Shown one piece after another: positions 26,130-38,405 of a DNA stretch of 64,000 bases. This stretch comes from Pristiophorus japonicus. Lineage: Eukaryota. The position numbers and the translations under genes are program-made. Positions within the stretch are counted from its first letter, which is position 1. Every line of letters starts with the position of its first letter. The stretch is taken from assembly GCF_044704955.1 (NCBI RefSeq), contig NC_091984.1, positions 179,552,001 through 179,616,000 of the forward strand, read 5' to 3'. Below the pieces are notes generated by a model. That model searched no databases. It was not told where the DNA came from and saw only the letters and a program-made list of their open reading frames with translations.

Positions 26130-26935
26130 TAATTAACTGGAGGAGGGCTTCCTTCAAAGAGTTGTAAATGGATATGCCCAGTTGGCAACCTACTAATAAA
26201 CTGCTCACCGCTTAGTTTGGGTTCCCCCAGGTCCACGTAGCGCCAGAGCTCATTACAGCCTTAGTCCAAACATAAACAAAAGAGCTGAATTTCAGAGGTG
26301 AGGTCAGAGTGACTGCCCTGGCCATCAAGGCAGCATTTGACCAAGAGTGGCATCAAGGAGCACGAACAAAATTGAGGTCAATGGGAACAGGGGTGAATAT
26401 TTCCATTGGCTGATGTCATAACTAAACATTGCTTAGGCCTCAGAACTGAACATCACACTTTAGGAACGATGTCAAGGCCTTAGAAAGAATGCAGAAGAGA
26501 TTTACTGGAATGTTACCAGGGATGATGGACTTTAGTTACGTGGAAATTCTGCAGTTGTCATTAATGAGAGAAGGTTAAGAGGAGATTTGATAGAGGTGTT
26601 CAAAATCATGAACGGCCTTGATACAGTAAATAAGAAGAAACTGTTTCCAGTGGTAGAAGAGTTGGTAACCAGAGGAAACAGATTTAAACTGATTGACAAA
26701 AGAACCGGAGGCAACATGGTGTTGTGATCCGGAATGCATTCCCTGAAAGGTTGGAGGAAACAGATCCAAGAGTAACATTCAAAAAGGAAGTAGATAAAAA
26801 CTTATAGCCGATGTTTTTATGGGGCTAAAGAACAGGAGAGTGGAACTGTCTGAATAGCTATGCCAAAGCACCGGTACAAGCACGATGAGACAAATGGCCG
26901 ATTTCTGTGCTGTGTATCATTCTATGATTCTATGG
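26130..26935 (+). mobile_element. Mosaic of LINE fragments (RT fragment 'LITALVQ...VTAL.IKAAFD..WH.G' then a CR1 3' end)
   Basis: Decayed RT motif at 26245-26420; CR1 C-terminus/UTR from ~26450 ending ttctatgattctatg. Confidence 0.65.
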
Positions 26936-27435
26936 TTATAAGTCGTGTTTATTGACCTTGTGGGATTTTAAAAATTAGTTCTTCATCCGCGATGAGCATT
27001 ACATGTTAAGCAGGATAAGGAGATATGCGGACATGCCAATTGTTTCTCAATGCAGGGATTGAATCTCGAACTTGATCTCTCGAGACTGAACAATAAAAAT
27101 CTTGTTTCTCTCATTTCTTCAAAGACACATTGGGTCAAATTGCACTGTGTAGTTTTGCAACATCTACCTTTCAACTTTGCAGAAAATTAATTTGGCCGTC
27201 ACTTTAACAGATTTTAAATAGTGTAACGTCTCTGTTAAATAGCAATCAATGGAATTTCATGTGAAACCATTCAGAGTCTGCAGAGTCTCCATGAGCAAGG
27301 TAATTTCATCTCAACTGTTTCTGCATGTCATGAATGAGTATACTATTGAAAAAAATATATTGGCAAAAATTCGTTTTATGCAAACGTCAATCAAACCAAT
27401 TTCAAGGATCCAATAAACGGCCGCGACGTATAGAA

Positions 27436-27443
27436 ATTTGCAT
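27436..27443 (+). promoter_or_regulatory. Ig light-chain promoter octamer ATTTGCAT
   Basis: Perfect octamer in light-chain orientation ~110 bp upstream of the leader ATG; a degenerate ATGCAAAC lies at ~27378. Confidence 0.85.
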
Positions 27444-27553
27444 AAATAATGTGACCCCTGTACATGCTTTTAGAGAGATTTTGACGAGTACGGCATCATT
27501 GGGTTCGTGTCGGACACAGTTTGTTTTGATCTTGATTTTTAAAAATCAACACA

Positions 27554-27602
27554 ATGAGTGAGTGGCTTCATGTTCTTGCCGCCCTCATGCTTTGTTTGCA
27601 AT
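27554..27602 (+). pseudogene. IGLV: Ig light-chain leader (L1) exon
   Basis: ATG AGT GAG TGG... = MSEWLHVLAALMLCLQ, then a phase-1 donor T|gtaggt; splices in frame to the acceptor at 27865/27866. Confidence 0.88.
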
Positions 27603-27865
27603 GTAGGTACAGGGCTGTAAAATTCTTCAATATTCCTGCTCTTTTATGACACTGATCGTTTGCTGTACTTGAGCTGAACGGATCTGAATTACTATTTGTT
27701 TCCACATGGCCATTTATTAAATCCTTGGAATTGGTCTGATTGGTGTTTCATAAAGCGAATTTTTGCCAGTTTTTCTTACAATACTAGACTCATTCACTAC
27801 ATGCAGAAACAGGTGAGCTGAAATTTTGCTGACGGTCACTTATTAATCACTTGTTATTTCTCCAG

Positions 27866-28194
27866 GTACCAACGCGGGTACTCTGCTCACTCAGCCACCG
27901 TCCATCTCAACTTCACCGGGAAAAACCGTCAAAATCACTTGCACCCAATCCGGAGGCTGCGTGGGCAGCTGCTACACCAGCTGGTACTGGCAGAAACAGT
28001 GCCCCTGCCTTTGTTTGGAGGGACTCTCATTCGAGGAGAGGTGCGGGGATTCCTGAGCGATTTATTGGATCCAGGGACAGGTCGAGCAACGTCATGTGTT
28101 TAACCATCAGCAATGTCCAATCCGGGGATGCGCCAGTTATTACTGTGGTGCCTGGGATAACAATGGTGATGAATTCACTTTCGGGAAAGGAACT
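27866..28194 (+). pseudogene. IGLV: Germline-joined lambda (type II) VJ exon, 5' part; frameshifted pseudogene
   Basis: ttatttctccag|GTACC: (C)[43 protein letters not shown] /fs ~27997/ [44 protein letters not shown] /fs ~28131/ ASYYCGAWDNNGDEFTFGKGT; no RSS between V and J; in-frame stop at 28054. Confidence 0.95.
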
Positions 28195-28462
28195 TGTCAT
28201 GTATCTCACACTACTGTATATAACTGTATCTTACCATGCTACACACGACTGTAACTAGATATGATCTGTAACCACAAGCATACTTTACCACCAGGGGTGC
28301 ACTTGCAGGAGACACTGCATACCTGTCCTACACAGGTATATAAAGGCTGGTCTCAGGCAAGTGTGGCACTCGATTGCTGTGAAATAAAGGTGCAGGTCCA
28401 GAGTGACCTTGACTTCAACATGTGCCTCGTGTAAGTCTGTACTGCAGGGTCACGACGTTATA
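28195..28462 (+). repeat. 5' LTR
   Basis: Starts TGTC; TATATAAA ~28337; AATAAA 28383-28388; directly repeated at 32618-32867. Confidence 0.95.
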
Positions 28463-28463
28463 G

Positions 28464-28482
28464 TGGTGACGAGTTACGGGAT
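28464..28482 (+). other. Primer-binding site, probably tRNA-Ser(GCU)
   Basis: tggtgacgagttacgggat immediately after the 5' LTR resembles the complement (TGGCGACGAG..GGGAT) of the vertebrate tRNA-Ser(GCU) 3' end. Confidence 0.65.
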
Positions 28483-28497
28483 CACAGAATCCACAGA

Positions 28498-31400
28498 ATG
28501 GCTACCAACCGCTCACATGAGAAATACAATGCTGCAGACAATTGGGAGCTCCAGCAAAGCTTTGTAACCAAAGACTGGTTGGGCGACGATATGGCAGACA
28601 AGAGAAGAGCCCATCTCTTGACCAGCTGTGGCTCGAAAACATACGCCTTAATGAAGGACCTGCTGGCACCCGAGAAACCAGCAAGCAAGTCATTTGAGGA
28701 GTTGAGCACACTGGTGAGAGACCACCTGAAGCCGGCGAGCAACCTACACATGGCTAGACACAGGTTCTACAACTGCAGACGCTGTGTGGGCCAGAGCATA
28801 CCCGACTTTGTGGCGGAACTTCGCAGGCTGGCTAGTTTATGTGAGTTCTCTGATGAACTAAGGAGAGAAGTACTGAGAGACTTTTTTATTGCAGGAATAG
28901 GCCACGCAGGCATATTCCGAAAGCTTATAGAGACCAAGAACTTGACCCTAGAGGCAGCAGCACTGGTCGCACAGACATTCTTGGCAGGAGAAGAAGAAAC
29001 GAAGTTGATCTATACTGCGGGTACGACAACTAGCAAAATATCGGAACAAGGGGTTCACAGCGTGAAACAAGCCACTACCCCCACACACAGACAAAGGCAG
29101 GAGAGCAGGCCTTCAACAGCAGGCAGTGGCGCCAGAAGCCATCAAGGGCAACATGAACGGTCACACCTCATCAACGCATAATGCGAGCAATCAACTACAG
29201 ACTGAGAGAAGCTCAAGAGAGATCAGCCAGGCGCAGCTCATCCTTCAGAAACAATGGAAGCGGTCTGTGCTGGAGATGTGGGGGAAGGCACTCAACAAGG
29301 GGGTGTCGATTTCAGCATGCTGTTTGCAGAAACTGCAACTATACAGGGCATCTGGCTCGCATGTGCAGAAAAACAGCAGCTCGGCTGGTATATGAATCGG
29401 AAGGGTCGGAAAGCGGACCAGAAGATGGTGGGGACAGTGCCCGGGACACCGAGGTACAGCAGGTCAACACGATCAATGTCCACTGTTCTTACAACAAGAC
29501 ACCTCCAATAATGATGAAGGTCCTACTCAATGGAATACCCGTCAACATGGAACTGGACATGGGAGCTAGTCAATCTCTCATGAGCATCCAACAATTTGAA
29601 CAGCTGTGGCCGCACAAAAGCAACAGACCAAAACTCACAAGGATCAACACCAAACTAAGGACCTATACCAAAGAAATCGTCCCAGTTCTTGGCAGCGCCA
29701 TGCTCTCAGTCACACACAAAGGGACAGTGAACCCACTTCCCCTGTGGAATGTCCCCGGAGATCTCCCAGCACTGTTGGGGAGAAGCTGGCTGGCAAAACT
29801 AAATTGGAAATGGGATGATGTTCACGCCATGTTGTCAGCGGAATGGACCTCCTGCTCAACAGTTCTAAGTCATTTTGAACATCTTTATCAGCTAGGTGTG
29901 GGCACCTTCAAAGGGGCTAAAGTTAAAATATACATCACACAGGAAGCCAGACCGGTCCATCACAAGGCTAGAGCTGTGTCTTATGTGATAAGGGAAAATA
30001 TTGAACACAAACTGGACTGGCTTCTGCGGGAAGGCATTATCTCACCCATGGAAGTTAGCGACTGGGCAAGTCCCATCATCCCCATCATGAAGCCTGATGG
30101 ATCTGTACGAATCTGTGGGGATTACAAGTCTACCATAAACAGAGTCTCCCTACAGGACCAATACCCGCTGCCCATGGCGGAGGACCTATTTTCCACATTG
30201 GCTGGAGGAAAACTTTTCTCGAAACTAGATCTCACATCTGCGCATATGACGCAAGAACTGACCAAAGAGTCTAAGCTATTCACCACCACCAACACACATC
30301 GAGGCCTTTTCATGTACAATCGATGCCAATTCGGCATCAGGTCGGCAGCTGCTATATTCCAGCGTAATATGGAGAGTCTGCTCAAGTCCATCCCGGGGAC
30401 GGTTGTGTTTCAAGATGACATACTCATCACAGGCAGTGATACCGACTCCCATCTCCGCAATTTGGAGGAAGTACTAAGTCGATTCGATCGGGTCGGCCTA
30501 AGAGTTAAGAAATCCAAGTGTCTGTTTCTCGTGCCCGAGGTTGAATTTTTAGGCAGAAGGATTGCCGCTGATGGAATCCGCCCAACAGAATCCAAAACCG
30601 AAGCAATTCGTCTGGCACCCAGGCCCCAGAATGTCTCGGAACTGCACACCTTCCTCAGGATACTCAATTACTTTGGGAACTTTATGCAGAACTTGAGCAC
30701 ACTGCTGGAGCCTCTCCACGTGCGACTCAGAAAGGGGTGCGATTGGTTTTGGGGAGACGCCCAAGAACGCGCCTTCAATAAGGCATGCAACCTTCTATGT
30801 TCCAACAGTGTCTTAGCCTTTTTTGACCCAGGTAAAAAGCTAGTTCTTACATGTGATGCATCAGCGTATGTGGTCTGGTGCGTTTTAAAGCATGTCAATG
30901 GTGCGGGTAAATTACAACCCATTGCTTATGCCTCCAAGTCACTTTTGCGGGTGGAGCGTGAGTACGGTATGGTTGAGAAGGAGGCGCTCGCGTGCGTGTA
31001 CAGTATCAAAAAGATGGACCAATTCCTTTTCTGGGCCAAGTTCGCATTAGAAACCGAATACAAACCCCTCACATACCTGCTATCCGAGTGCAAGGCAATA
31101 AACGCCAACGCCTCAGCACGCATTCAGTAGTGGGCACTCATGCTGGTGTCTTACGAATACACAATAAGGCACAGACCGGGCACAGACAACTGTGCTGACG
31201 CGCTTAGCAGGCTACCCCTGGCGACCACGGAAGGGTCCAATGAACAGGACTGTGAGATGGTCATGGCAATCAATGTCTTTGAATCCACAGGTGCGCCGAT
31301 GACGGCTCGCCATATCAGAGCCTTGCCGACCAGCGACCCCAAATTATCCTTCGTCAAAAGATGTGTTTTAACTGGTGACTGGGCAGAGGCTCGCGATGCC

Positions 31401-32539
31401 TGCCCCGAAGAGATCAAACCTTTCCATAGGCGCATGCATGAACTATCACTACAGACAGACTGCTTGATGTGGGGCAGCCGAGTAGTTATGCCCTTGTGAG
31501 GCAGAGAGGCGTTTGTCTGGGAGCTCCACCGCGAGCACCCGGGGATCATCTTTATGAAGGCCATAGTCAGATCCCACGTCTGGTGGCCTGACATTGACGC
31601 AGACTTGGAGCTCTGCGTCCTGCGGTGCACCATTTGTGTCCAACTCAGTAATGCCCCCAGGGCAAAATGGGCAAAATTTTCCTCATAGTCGTCGATGCAT
31701 TTTCAAAGTGGATCGATTGCGCCATTTTAAACTCGAGCACCACCTCCACCACTGTGGAGAGCCTTAGAACCATGTTTGCAATGCACGGAATTCCTGACAT
31801 ATTGGTCAGTGATAATGGTCCGTGCTTCACCAGTGCAGAATTTCACGATTTTATAGTTGACCACGGCATAAATCACGTTAAGACAGCACCATTCAAGCCA
31901 GCCTCCAATGGCCAGGCGGAGCGAGCATTGCAAATCATTAAACAAGGCATGCGAAAAATCCAAGGTCCCACGCTGCAGAGCTGCCTGTCGCGACTGCTGC
32001 TGGCATACAGATCTCGACCGCGTTCGTTGACTGGGGTTCCCCTATTGATGAAACGGACCTTAAAGACTAGGCTCTCGTTAATCCTCCCAGACACGCATGA
32101 AATTTTTGAGGCAAAGCACCGGAAGCTAACTGAGTACCATGACCGAAATTCGAGGGGGAGGTGGAATGAGATAGGGGTTAAAGTGTTTGTGCTAAACTAT
32201 GGCAGGGGCCCCAAATGGCTTGCAGGGACAGTAACAGGCAAGGAAGGAAACAGGCTACTGGTTGTACAAATGGACAATGGCCAAACCTGCCGGAGGCATT
32301 TAGACGAAGTAAAAAGTAAATTCACCAACAACCCTGAAGAACCAGAGGCAGACTACAATGTGGAACTCACACCACACCTGGTGGACAGACAGAGGGAACA
32401 ACCTGAGGAAAGGGCAGTCTCAACAGACAGCCCAGGCGAGATACCAGCAATCATATTGAACGAAACAGACAGTACAGGTGAGATACCAGCAATCACACCG
32501 AAAGAAAAACAGGCACCAAGGCGAACAACTGAACCATAA
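28498..32539 (+). pseudogene. Gypsy gag-pol (Gag, double CCHC knuckle, aspartic protease, RT, RNase H, integrase), broken by frameshifts/stops
   Basis: ORFs 28498-29181, 29181-31130 (CWRCG..H...C, C..C...GH....C, LDMGAS, RICGDYK, FQDD, CDAS), 31140-31499 (ADALSRLP), 31667-32539 (VDAFSKW, SDNGPCF, SNGQAER). Confidence 0.95.
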
Positions 32540-32617
32540 CTAAGACGCTCCATGCTGGAGCGTAGACCACCTGAGAGTCTGAATCTATAAAGAAAATAAG
32601 ACCTTGGGGGTGAGTGA

Positions 32618-32867
32618 TGTCTGTATAACTGTATCTTACCATGCTATACATGACTGTAACTAGATATGACCTGTAACCACAAGCATACTTTACCACCAGG
32701 GGTGCACTTGTAGGAGACACTGCATACCTGTCCTACACAGGTATATAAAGGCAGGTCTCACGCAAGTGTGGCACTCGAGAGCTGTGGAATAATGGTGCAG
32801 GTCCAGAGTGACCTTGACTTCAACATGTGCCTCGTGTAAGTCTGTACTGCAGGGTCAAGACTTTACA
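32618..32867 (+). repeat. 3' LTR
   Basis: Ends TTTACA; TATATAAA 32742-32749; poly(A) signal mutated (gaataat); short deletion at its 5' end relative to the 5' LTR. Confidence 0.95.
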
Positions 32868-32888
32868 GAACTAAATTGATTTTGGGCA
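32868..32888 (+). pseudogene. Remainder of the J segment with intact splice donor
   Basis: (GA)ACT AAA TTG ATT TTG GGC A|gtaagt = (T)KLILG, completing FGKGTKLILG; phase-1 donor compatible with the C exon. Confidence 0.92.
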
Positions 32889-33258
32889 GTAAGTAAATTT
32901 TTAGCTATATACTTCTGGGATTTTTGAATTGCGAGTTTTCAATTGTTGGCTTAATCCGGTTGTAGCGAAAATGCTTTCGAACATACATTTATAATTCTCC
33001 GAAACTCTCTTGGTGTTTAGAAGGAGATTTACTGTTTGTCAGATGCAAGAATGTCGCACAACACTTACAATGTTATGGATAAACTGCAGAAATCTTCCGA
33101 ATATTTTTTGGGGGTGGATGCAGTTTCGTGTTACTTGCTGATTTGAAACATATTTGTAAAGCTTAGGTCAATCTGCATGAGACAGCATTTAAAAGTATCC
33201 GGACCCTTGTGATTGAATTACATTGTCCTCCTGTTGTAATTAATAACTTGTGTAGAGC

Positions 33259-33315
33259 TATATATACATCTATATATATATATATATATATATATTTACA
33301 GGTATAGATATATAT
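33259..33315. repeat. (TA)n microsatellite
   Basis: tatatatatatatatatatatata run. Confidence 0.95.
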
Positions 33316-33319
33316 AATC

Positions 33320-36300
33320 ATAAAATCGTACAGCATGGAAGGAAGCCATTCGGCACAACAAGCCTGTACCGGTTCTTTGAAAGCTATCTAATGAGGCCAA
33401 CTTCCCTGCTCTTTTCCCATAGCCCTGCATGTCTGTCCTGTTCAGGTGTTTATCCAATTCCCTATTGCATCGGCTTCCATCACCCGTTCACGCAATACAT
33501 TCCAGATCTTAACATCGCTGCGTGAAAAAAAATCTCATCTCCTCTCTGGTTCTTTCGCCAATTACATTCCACCTGTCTCCTCTGGTTATCGACCCTCCAG
33601 TCAGAGATTTTATGTTTAATATTCTGTTAACCGAATGCTTGTAAGACTGTTACACAGCCATCGCAATGTTATGAATGAAGTGCTAAAATCTTGCGAATAT
33701 TTTATGATTGGTACAATTGAGTCTGCTCCAGTTTCGTTATAATTACTTACTGATTTGTAACATATTCGTACACAAGTGAAAACTTTAACGTGAAATGTTT
33801 TATAATTATCCTGATACAATGCCATTAAACATCCTCAATCAGAGAGTTGGAACGCATGTGGTTTCTGAGGAGACTCATTCATTGATCTTTAAGCTCATCG
33901 GAAAGTGCTCACTTACTTCGACATTCCCAGTGTTGTAGAAACATAGAAACATAGAAAATACTTGTAGGAGTAGGCCATTCTGCCCTGCGATCCTGCACCA
34001 CCATTCAATATGATCATGGCTGATCATTTTTGCAACTTTAGTACCGCATACCTGCTTTCTCTCCATATCCCTTGATCCCTTTAGCCGTAAGGGCCACATC
34101 TAACTCCCTTTTGAATATATCTAACGAATTGATCTCAACAACTTTCTGTGGTAGAGAATTCCACAGGTTCACAATTCTCTGAGTGAAGAAGTTTCTCCTC
34201 ATCATGGTTCTAAATGATTTGCCCCTTTCCCTTAGACTGTGACCCCTGGTTCTGGACTTCCCCAATATCGGGAAGATTCTTCCTGCACCTAACCTGTCCA
34301 ATCCCGTCAGAATTTGATATGTTTCTATGAGATCCCTTCTCATTCTTCTAAATTCCAGTGAATATAAGCCTAGTCGATCCAGTCTTTCTTCATATGTCAG
34401 TCCTGCCAACCCGGGAACCAGTCTGATGAACCTTCACTGCACTCGCTCAATAGCAAGAATGTCCTTCCTCAGATTAGGAGACCAAAACTGTACACAATAT
34501 TCAAGGTGTGGCCTTACCAAGACCCTGTACAACTGCAGCAAGACCTCTCTGCTCCTGTACTCAAATCCTCTCGCTATGAAGACCAACATGCTATTTACCG
34601 TCTTCACCGCCTGCTGTACCTGCATGCCAACATTTGATGACTGATGAACCAGGTCTCATTGCACCTCCCCTTTTCCTAATCTGTCACCATTCAGATAATA
34701 TTCTGCCCTCCTGTTTTTGCCAGCAAAATGGATAACCTCACATTTATCTACATTATACTGCCATGCATTTGCCCACTCACCTAAACTGTCCAAGTCACTC
34801 TGCAGCCTCTTAGCATCCTCCTAACAGCTCACACTGCCACGCAACTTGGAGATATTACATTCAATTCCTTCGTCTAAATCATGCTGGCCATTAAGTCACA
34901 ATTTCAATCATAATGAACTAATAACTATAATACATACTGATAAGTTAGAAATGCTTGATCTGTATGAAACACTAGTTCGGACACAGCTAGAGTACTGCGT
35001 GCAGTTCTGGTCGCCACATTACAGGAAGGTTGTGACTGCACTGGAGAGGGTTCAGAGGAGATTTACGAGAATGTTGCTGGGAGTGGAGAATCTTAGTTAT
35101 GAGGACAGATTGGATAGGCTGGGTTTGTTTTCCTTGGAACAGAGGAGTTGGAGAGGAGACCTCATTGAGGTGTATAAAATTATGAGGGGCCTAGATATAG
35201 TGGATAAAGAGGGCCTATTTCCCTTAGCAGGTCAACAACCAGGGAGCATAAATTTAAAGTAATTGGTAGAAGATTTAGAGGGGATTTCAGGAGAAATTTC
35301 TTCGCCCAGAGGGTTGTGGGGGTCTGGAACTCACTGCCTGAAAAGGTGGTAGAGGCGGAAACCCCCACCATATTTAAAAAGTACTTGGATGTGCACTTGA
35401 CATGCTGTAACCTACAGGGCTATGGACCTGGAGCTGGAAAGTGGGATTAGGCTGGATAGCCTCTTTTTGGCCGGCACGGACACGATGGGCCAAAATGGCC
35501 TTCCTCCATGCTGTAAATTTCTATGATTCTATGATTTTATGAAATGGTAATATAAATTGTGCATTTTAAGAAAGTGATGTTCTTTTTCGCGGGTATCAGT
35601 GATAAGGTGTGATTCGAAGTTGGTTGCCTTTGGAAGGGCTTTATGGATGGAGATGTTCATTTTATGCCTTGTATCGACCTGTGTTATGAAGGAAAATTGA
35701 AACTATTGGGTTTAGCGAGATTCGTTTCAGTAGGTCAAATGATGCGCCCTGAGCTACTATGCCCTCCTTGGTTGATCGCCTTCAAGAGTCCTGGAGACAT
35801 TTTCCAGAGCTCTCCCGGAATTGACCACATCTTTTTCGCTGTTTTGGCTCCCCAGATAAGTGTAAGGGAGGTTGGTGCATAAGTGTATATCCTCAGCAAT
35901 CTGACGTTCCAGCTCATCTTCTTTTCCTATGTTCGTATGTTTTAGTATTGCAATAAAAATCGGTGATTGATCCCGCGCCGATACTATAACCATTAACAAC
36001 TCGTTACCTTCCAATATGATTCAGTTTGTATGAATACTACCACGGAAGTATAATTCTGATAATATTTGTTCCTGTTTTTTAAATAAATTTTTTTCTGTCA
36101 GTTAGAAAGTGCAACCGTACAAATATTCCATGATACTCAAAGGGCATTTTGATTTGATTAATAAGCTGCATGTTGTAGAAACGTTCTTTCAGTTTCTTAT
36201 ATCTTGTTCCATTAAAGTTACATAGTGCGCAAAATTCAAAAACAATTTTAACGAAGAAGGAGATTATACTTTAGATGTATTTACACTTCTGGTGATTGGT

Positions 36301-36680
36301 TTGTCTCAGTTGGTAAATTTCTCAAGTTTGGATCAAAGCATTTTGAATTTAATCCCCTGTTCCAGAATTTACATCAGAATATAGGAGTCGGCTATCGGAC
36401 CCCACGGGATTATTCATCACTATTGGATGATGGCGGATTAGTGCCTCAGCTCAATTTACCCACCTTTGCTCCCTATCCCTTGATACCCGCAGCTTACAAA
36501 AATCTATTTCAGTCTTGAAAATTTAAATTGACTCAGCATCCACAGTCATTTTGGGGAGAGAGTTCCAGAGTTACATCACACTTCGTGTCAAAAAATGCTG
36601 CCTCATTTCACTCCTTAATGGCCTAGCTCAAAATTTAAGATAATGCCCCCTTGTTCTGGATTTCCACAACAAAGGGAAAG
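33320..36680. mobile_element. Cluster of CR1 fragments in the J-C intron (33320-33600 -, 33937-34880 -, 34945-35540 +, 36375-36680 -)
   Basis: CR1 ORF2 C-terminal peptides (ORFs 34038-34409, 34434-34625, 34846-35262) and 8-nt microsatellite tails. Confidence 0.88.
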
Positions 36681-37069
36681 TGGTATGGAAGGGGGCAGTG
36701 CAGCATGGTCAGCAGTGCTTTCCTTTGGAAATAGGGGTCCCAACTTTCTGTTCAAGTAGACATTAACGATCCGCTTGCATCATTCGAAGAAGAGCAGGAA
36801 GTCACAGACAATACCCACAAACCCACCTCAATGATTGGCTCCAAAGAAATGGTGTCTGTAGCTTTATGCTTTGTCACGTTTACCATCACTGTGCATCAAA
36901 GTAATACATGGGAGATCTGATTTGGTGCTAAATAAATGCTATTCAATGTTTTTATAGTAATATAAAAAAATAGAAGTAGCTGCTCTTTCTGCAGCAGATA
37001 ATTCATAATGTGACTAGGCAGCCAAAAACCGAATATGATGAAGCCAAGACAGGTGCACGGAGTTAAAAT

Positions 37070-37600
37070 ATAAAAGGAAAAAATGCTGAAAATCTCAGCG
37101 GGTCAGGCAGCATCTGTGGAGAGAAAAACAGAGCCAACGTTTCATGTCGTTGATCCTTCGTCAGAACAGGCTGGTGTTGGAGGCTGAGGACGGAATTGTT
37201 GGAGTGGGAGTGGAGCGGGTAAGCTCGGGGTCGCCTTTGTTGACTGAACGGAGGTGGTCCGCAAAGTGGTCATAATGTAGCACATCATGAGCAGTGAATA
37301 CAGTGTGCTAAATTTAAGGAAGTATACTAAATACTTTCAATTTAGTATACTGTAGTCGCTGCTCGCGATGTGGTCACCTCTACATTGGGGAGACAAAATG
37401 CAAGGGTGACCCCGAGCTTCCAGTGGCCTGTCACTTTAATTCTCCACTTCCCTTCCACTCCAACATCTCCATCCTCGGCCTCCTACACTATTCCAATGAA
37501 GCTCAACGCAAGCTAGAAGAACAGCATCTCAACTTTCGTTTTCTTACTTTACAGCCTTCTGGACTCAACATCGAGTTCAATCATTTCAGGCTACAAACTC
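37070..37600. mobile_element. Penelope-like element fragment with fold-back (inverted) structure
   Basis: GIY-YIG peptide 'C.RCG.LYIGET.C...VACHFNS...ILGLLH...QRKLEEQHL.FR..TLQPSGLNIEF' on + (37340-37590); inverted copy plus hammerhead-bearing end on - (37075-37330). Confidence 0.8.
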
Positions 37601-37639
37601 TGCACATATTTGGTTCCCTTTCCTCCTATTTCGGCCCTG

Positions 37640-38170
37640 GCTGCAGTATGTGTCCCATTCTGGGCATCACACTTGAGGAAGGACGTGAAGGCTTTGGAGA
37701 GGGTACAGAAGACATTTACCAGAATACTTCCAGGGATGAAGGATTACAGTTACGAGAATAGACTAGAGAAGCTGAGGGTTATTCTCCTTGCAGTAGAGAA
37801 GGCTAACAGGAGATTTCGTAGCTTCCTTAAAATCATGAAGGGTTTAGAGTAAGTAAAGAGAAACTCTTCACATGGCTAAAGAATTAATAACCAGAGAGTA
37901 CATATATAAGGTGATTGACAACAGAACCAGAGGCGACATGAGGAAAACATTTTAACACAACGAGTGGTTAGGATTTGGAATGTACTGCTTGGTAGGGTGC
38001 AGCTTCAATAATAGCCTTCGAAAAGGAACTAGATAAATCCTTGAAGATGAAATATATGCATGGTTGTGGGGAAAGAGCAGGGGAGTGGGACTAGATGGAT
38101 TAATCTTCAAAACAGCTGGTGCAGACTCAGTAGTCTGAACGACATTCTTCCATGCTTTATTATTCTATGA
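37640..38170 (+). mobile_element. CR1 3' fragment
   Basis: 'FWASHLRKDVKALERVQK.FTRILPGM'; tail ttctatga. Confidence 0.85.
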
Positions 38171-38405
38171 TGCTATTGCGTAGCATTTACATCAAACAGC
38201 GTCGGGAGCGAGACTCTGGCAGAGTGCAATGTTTGACCCAGCATTCAAAGAATATTATACTGAAAACGTTAAATAGGCTGGGACTTTGAAAAATTGAACA
38301 GGCTGATGCTCTTTCTCTAGAAAAAAAGTCTGAGGGGTAATAAAGGTTATTAAAATTATGAATGGGTTTGATAGGGTAGACGTGGAGATGTTTCCATTTG
38401 TGGGG

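Larger units (their letters stand above)
28195..32867 (+). mobile_element. Full-length Ty3/Gypsy LTR retrotransposon (Mag-like), decayed
   Basis: 5-bp TSD GAACT (28190-28194 / 32868-32872); LTRs 28195-28462 and 32618-32867; PBS tggtgacgag; purine-rich tract before the 3' LTR; gag-pol remnants. Confidence 0.97.

Noticed and set aside
27851-28258. 135-aa ORF as an intact V gene
   Set aside because: Only its middle (SAPAFVW...VQSGD) is in the Ig frame; it results from two frameshifts and runs into the LTR.
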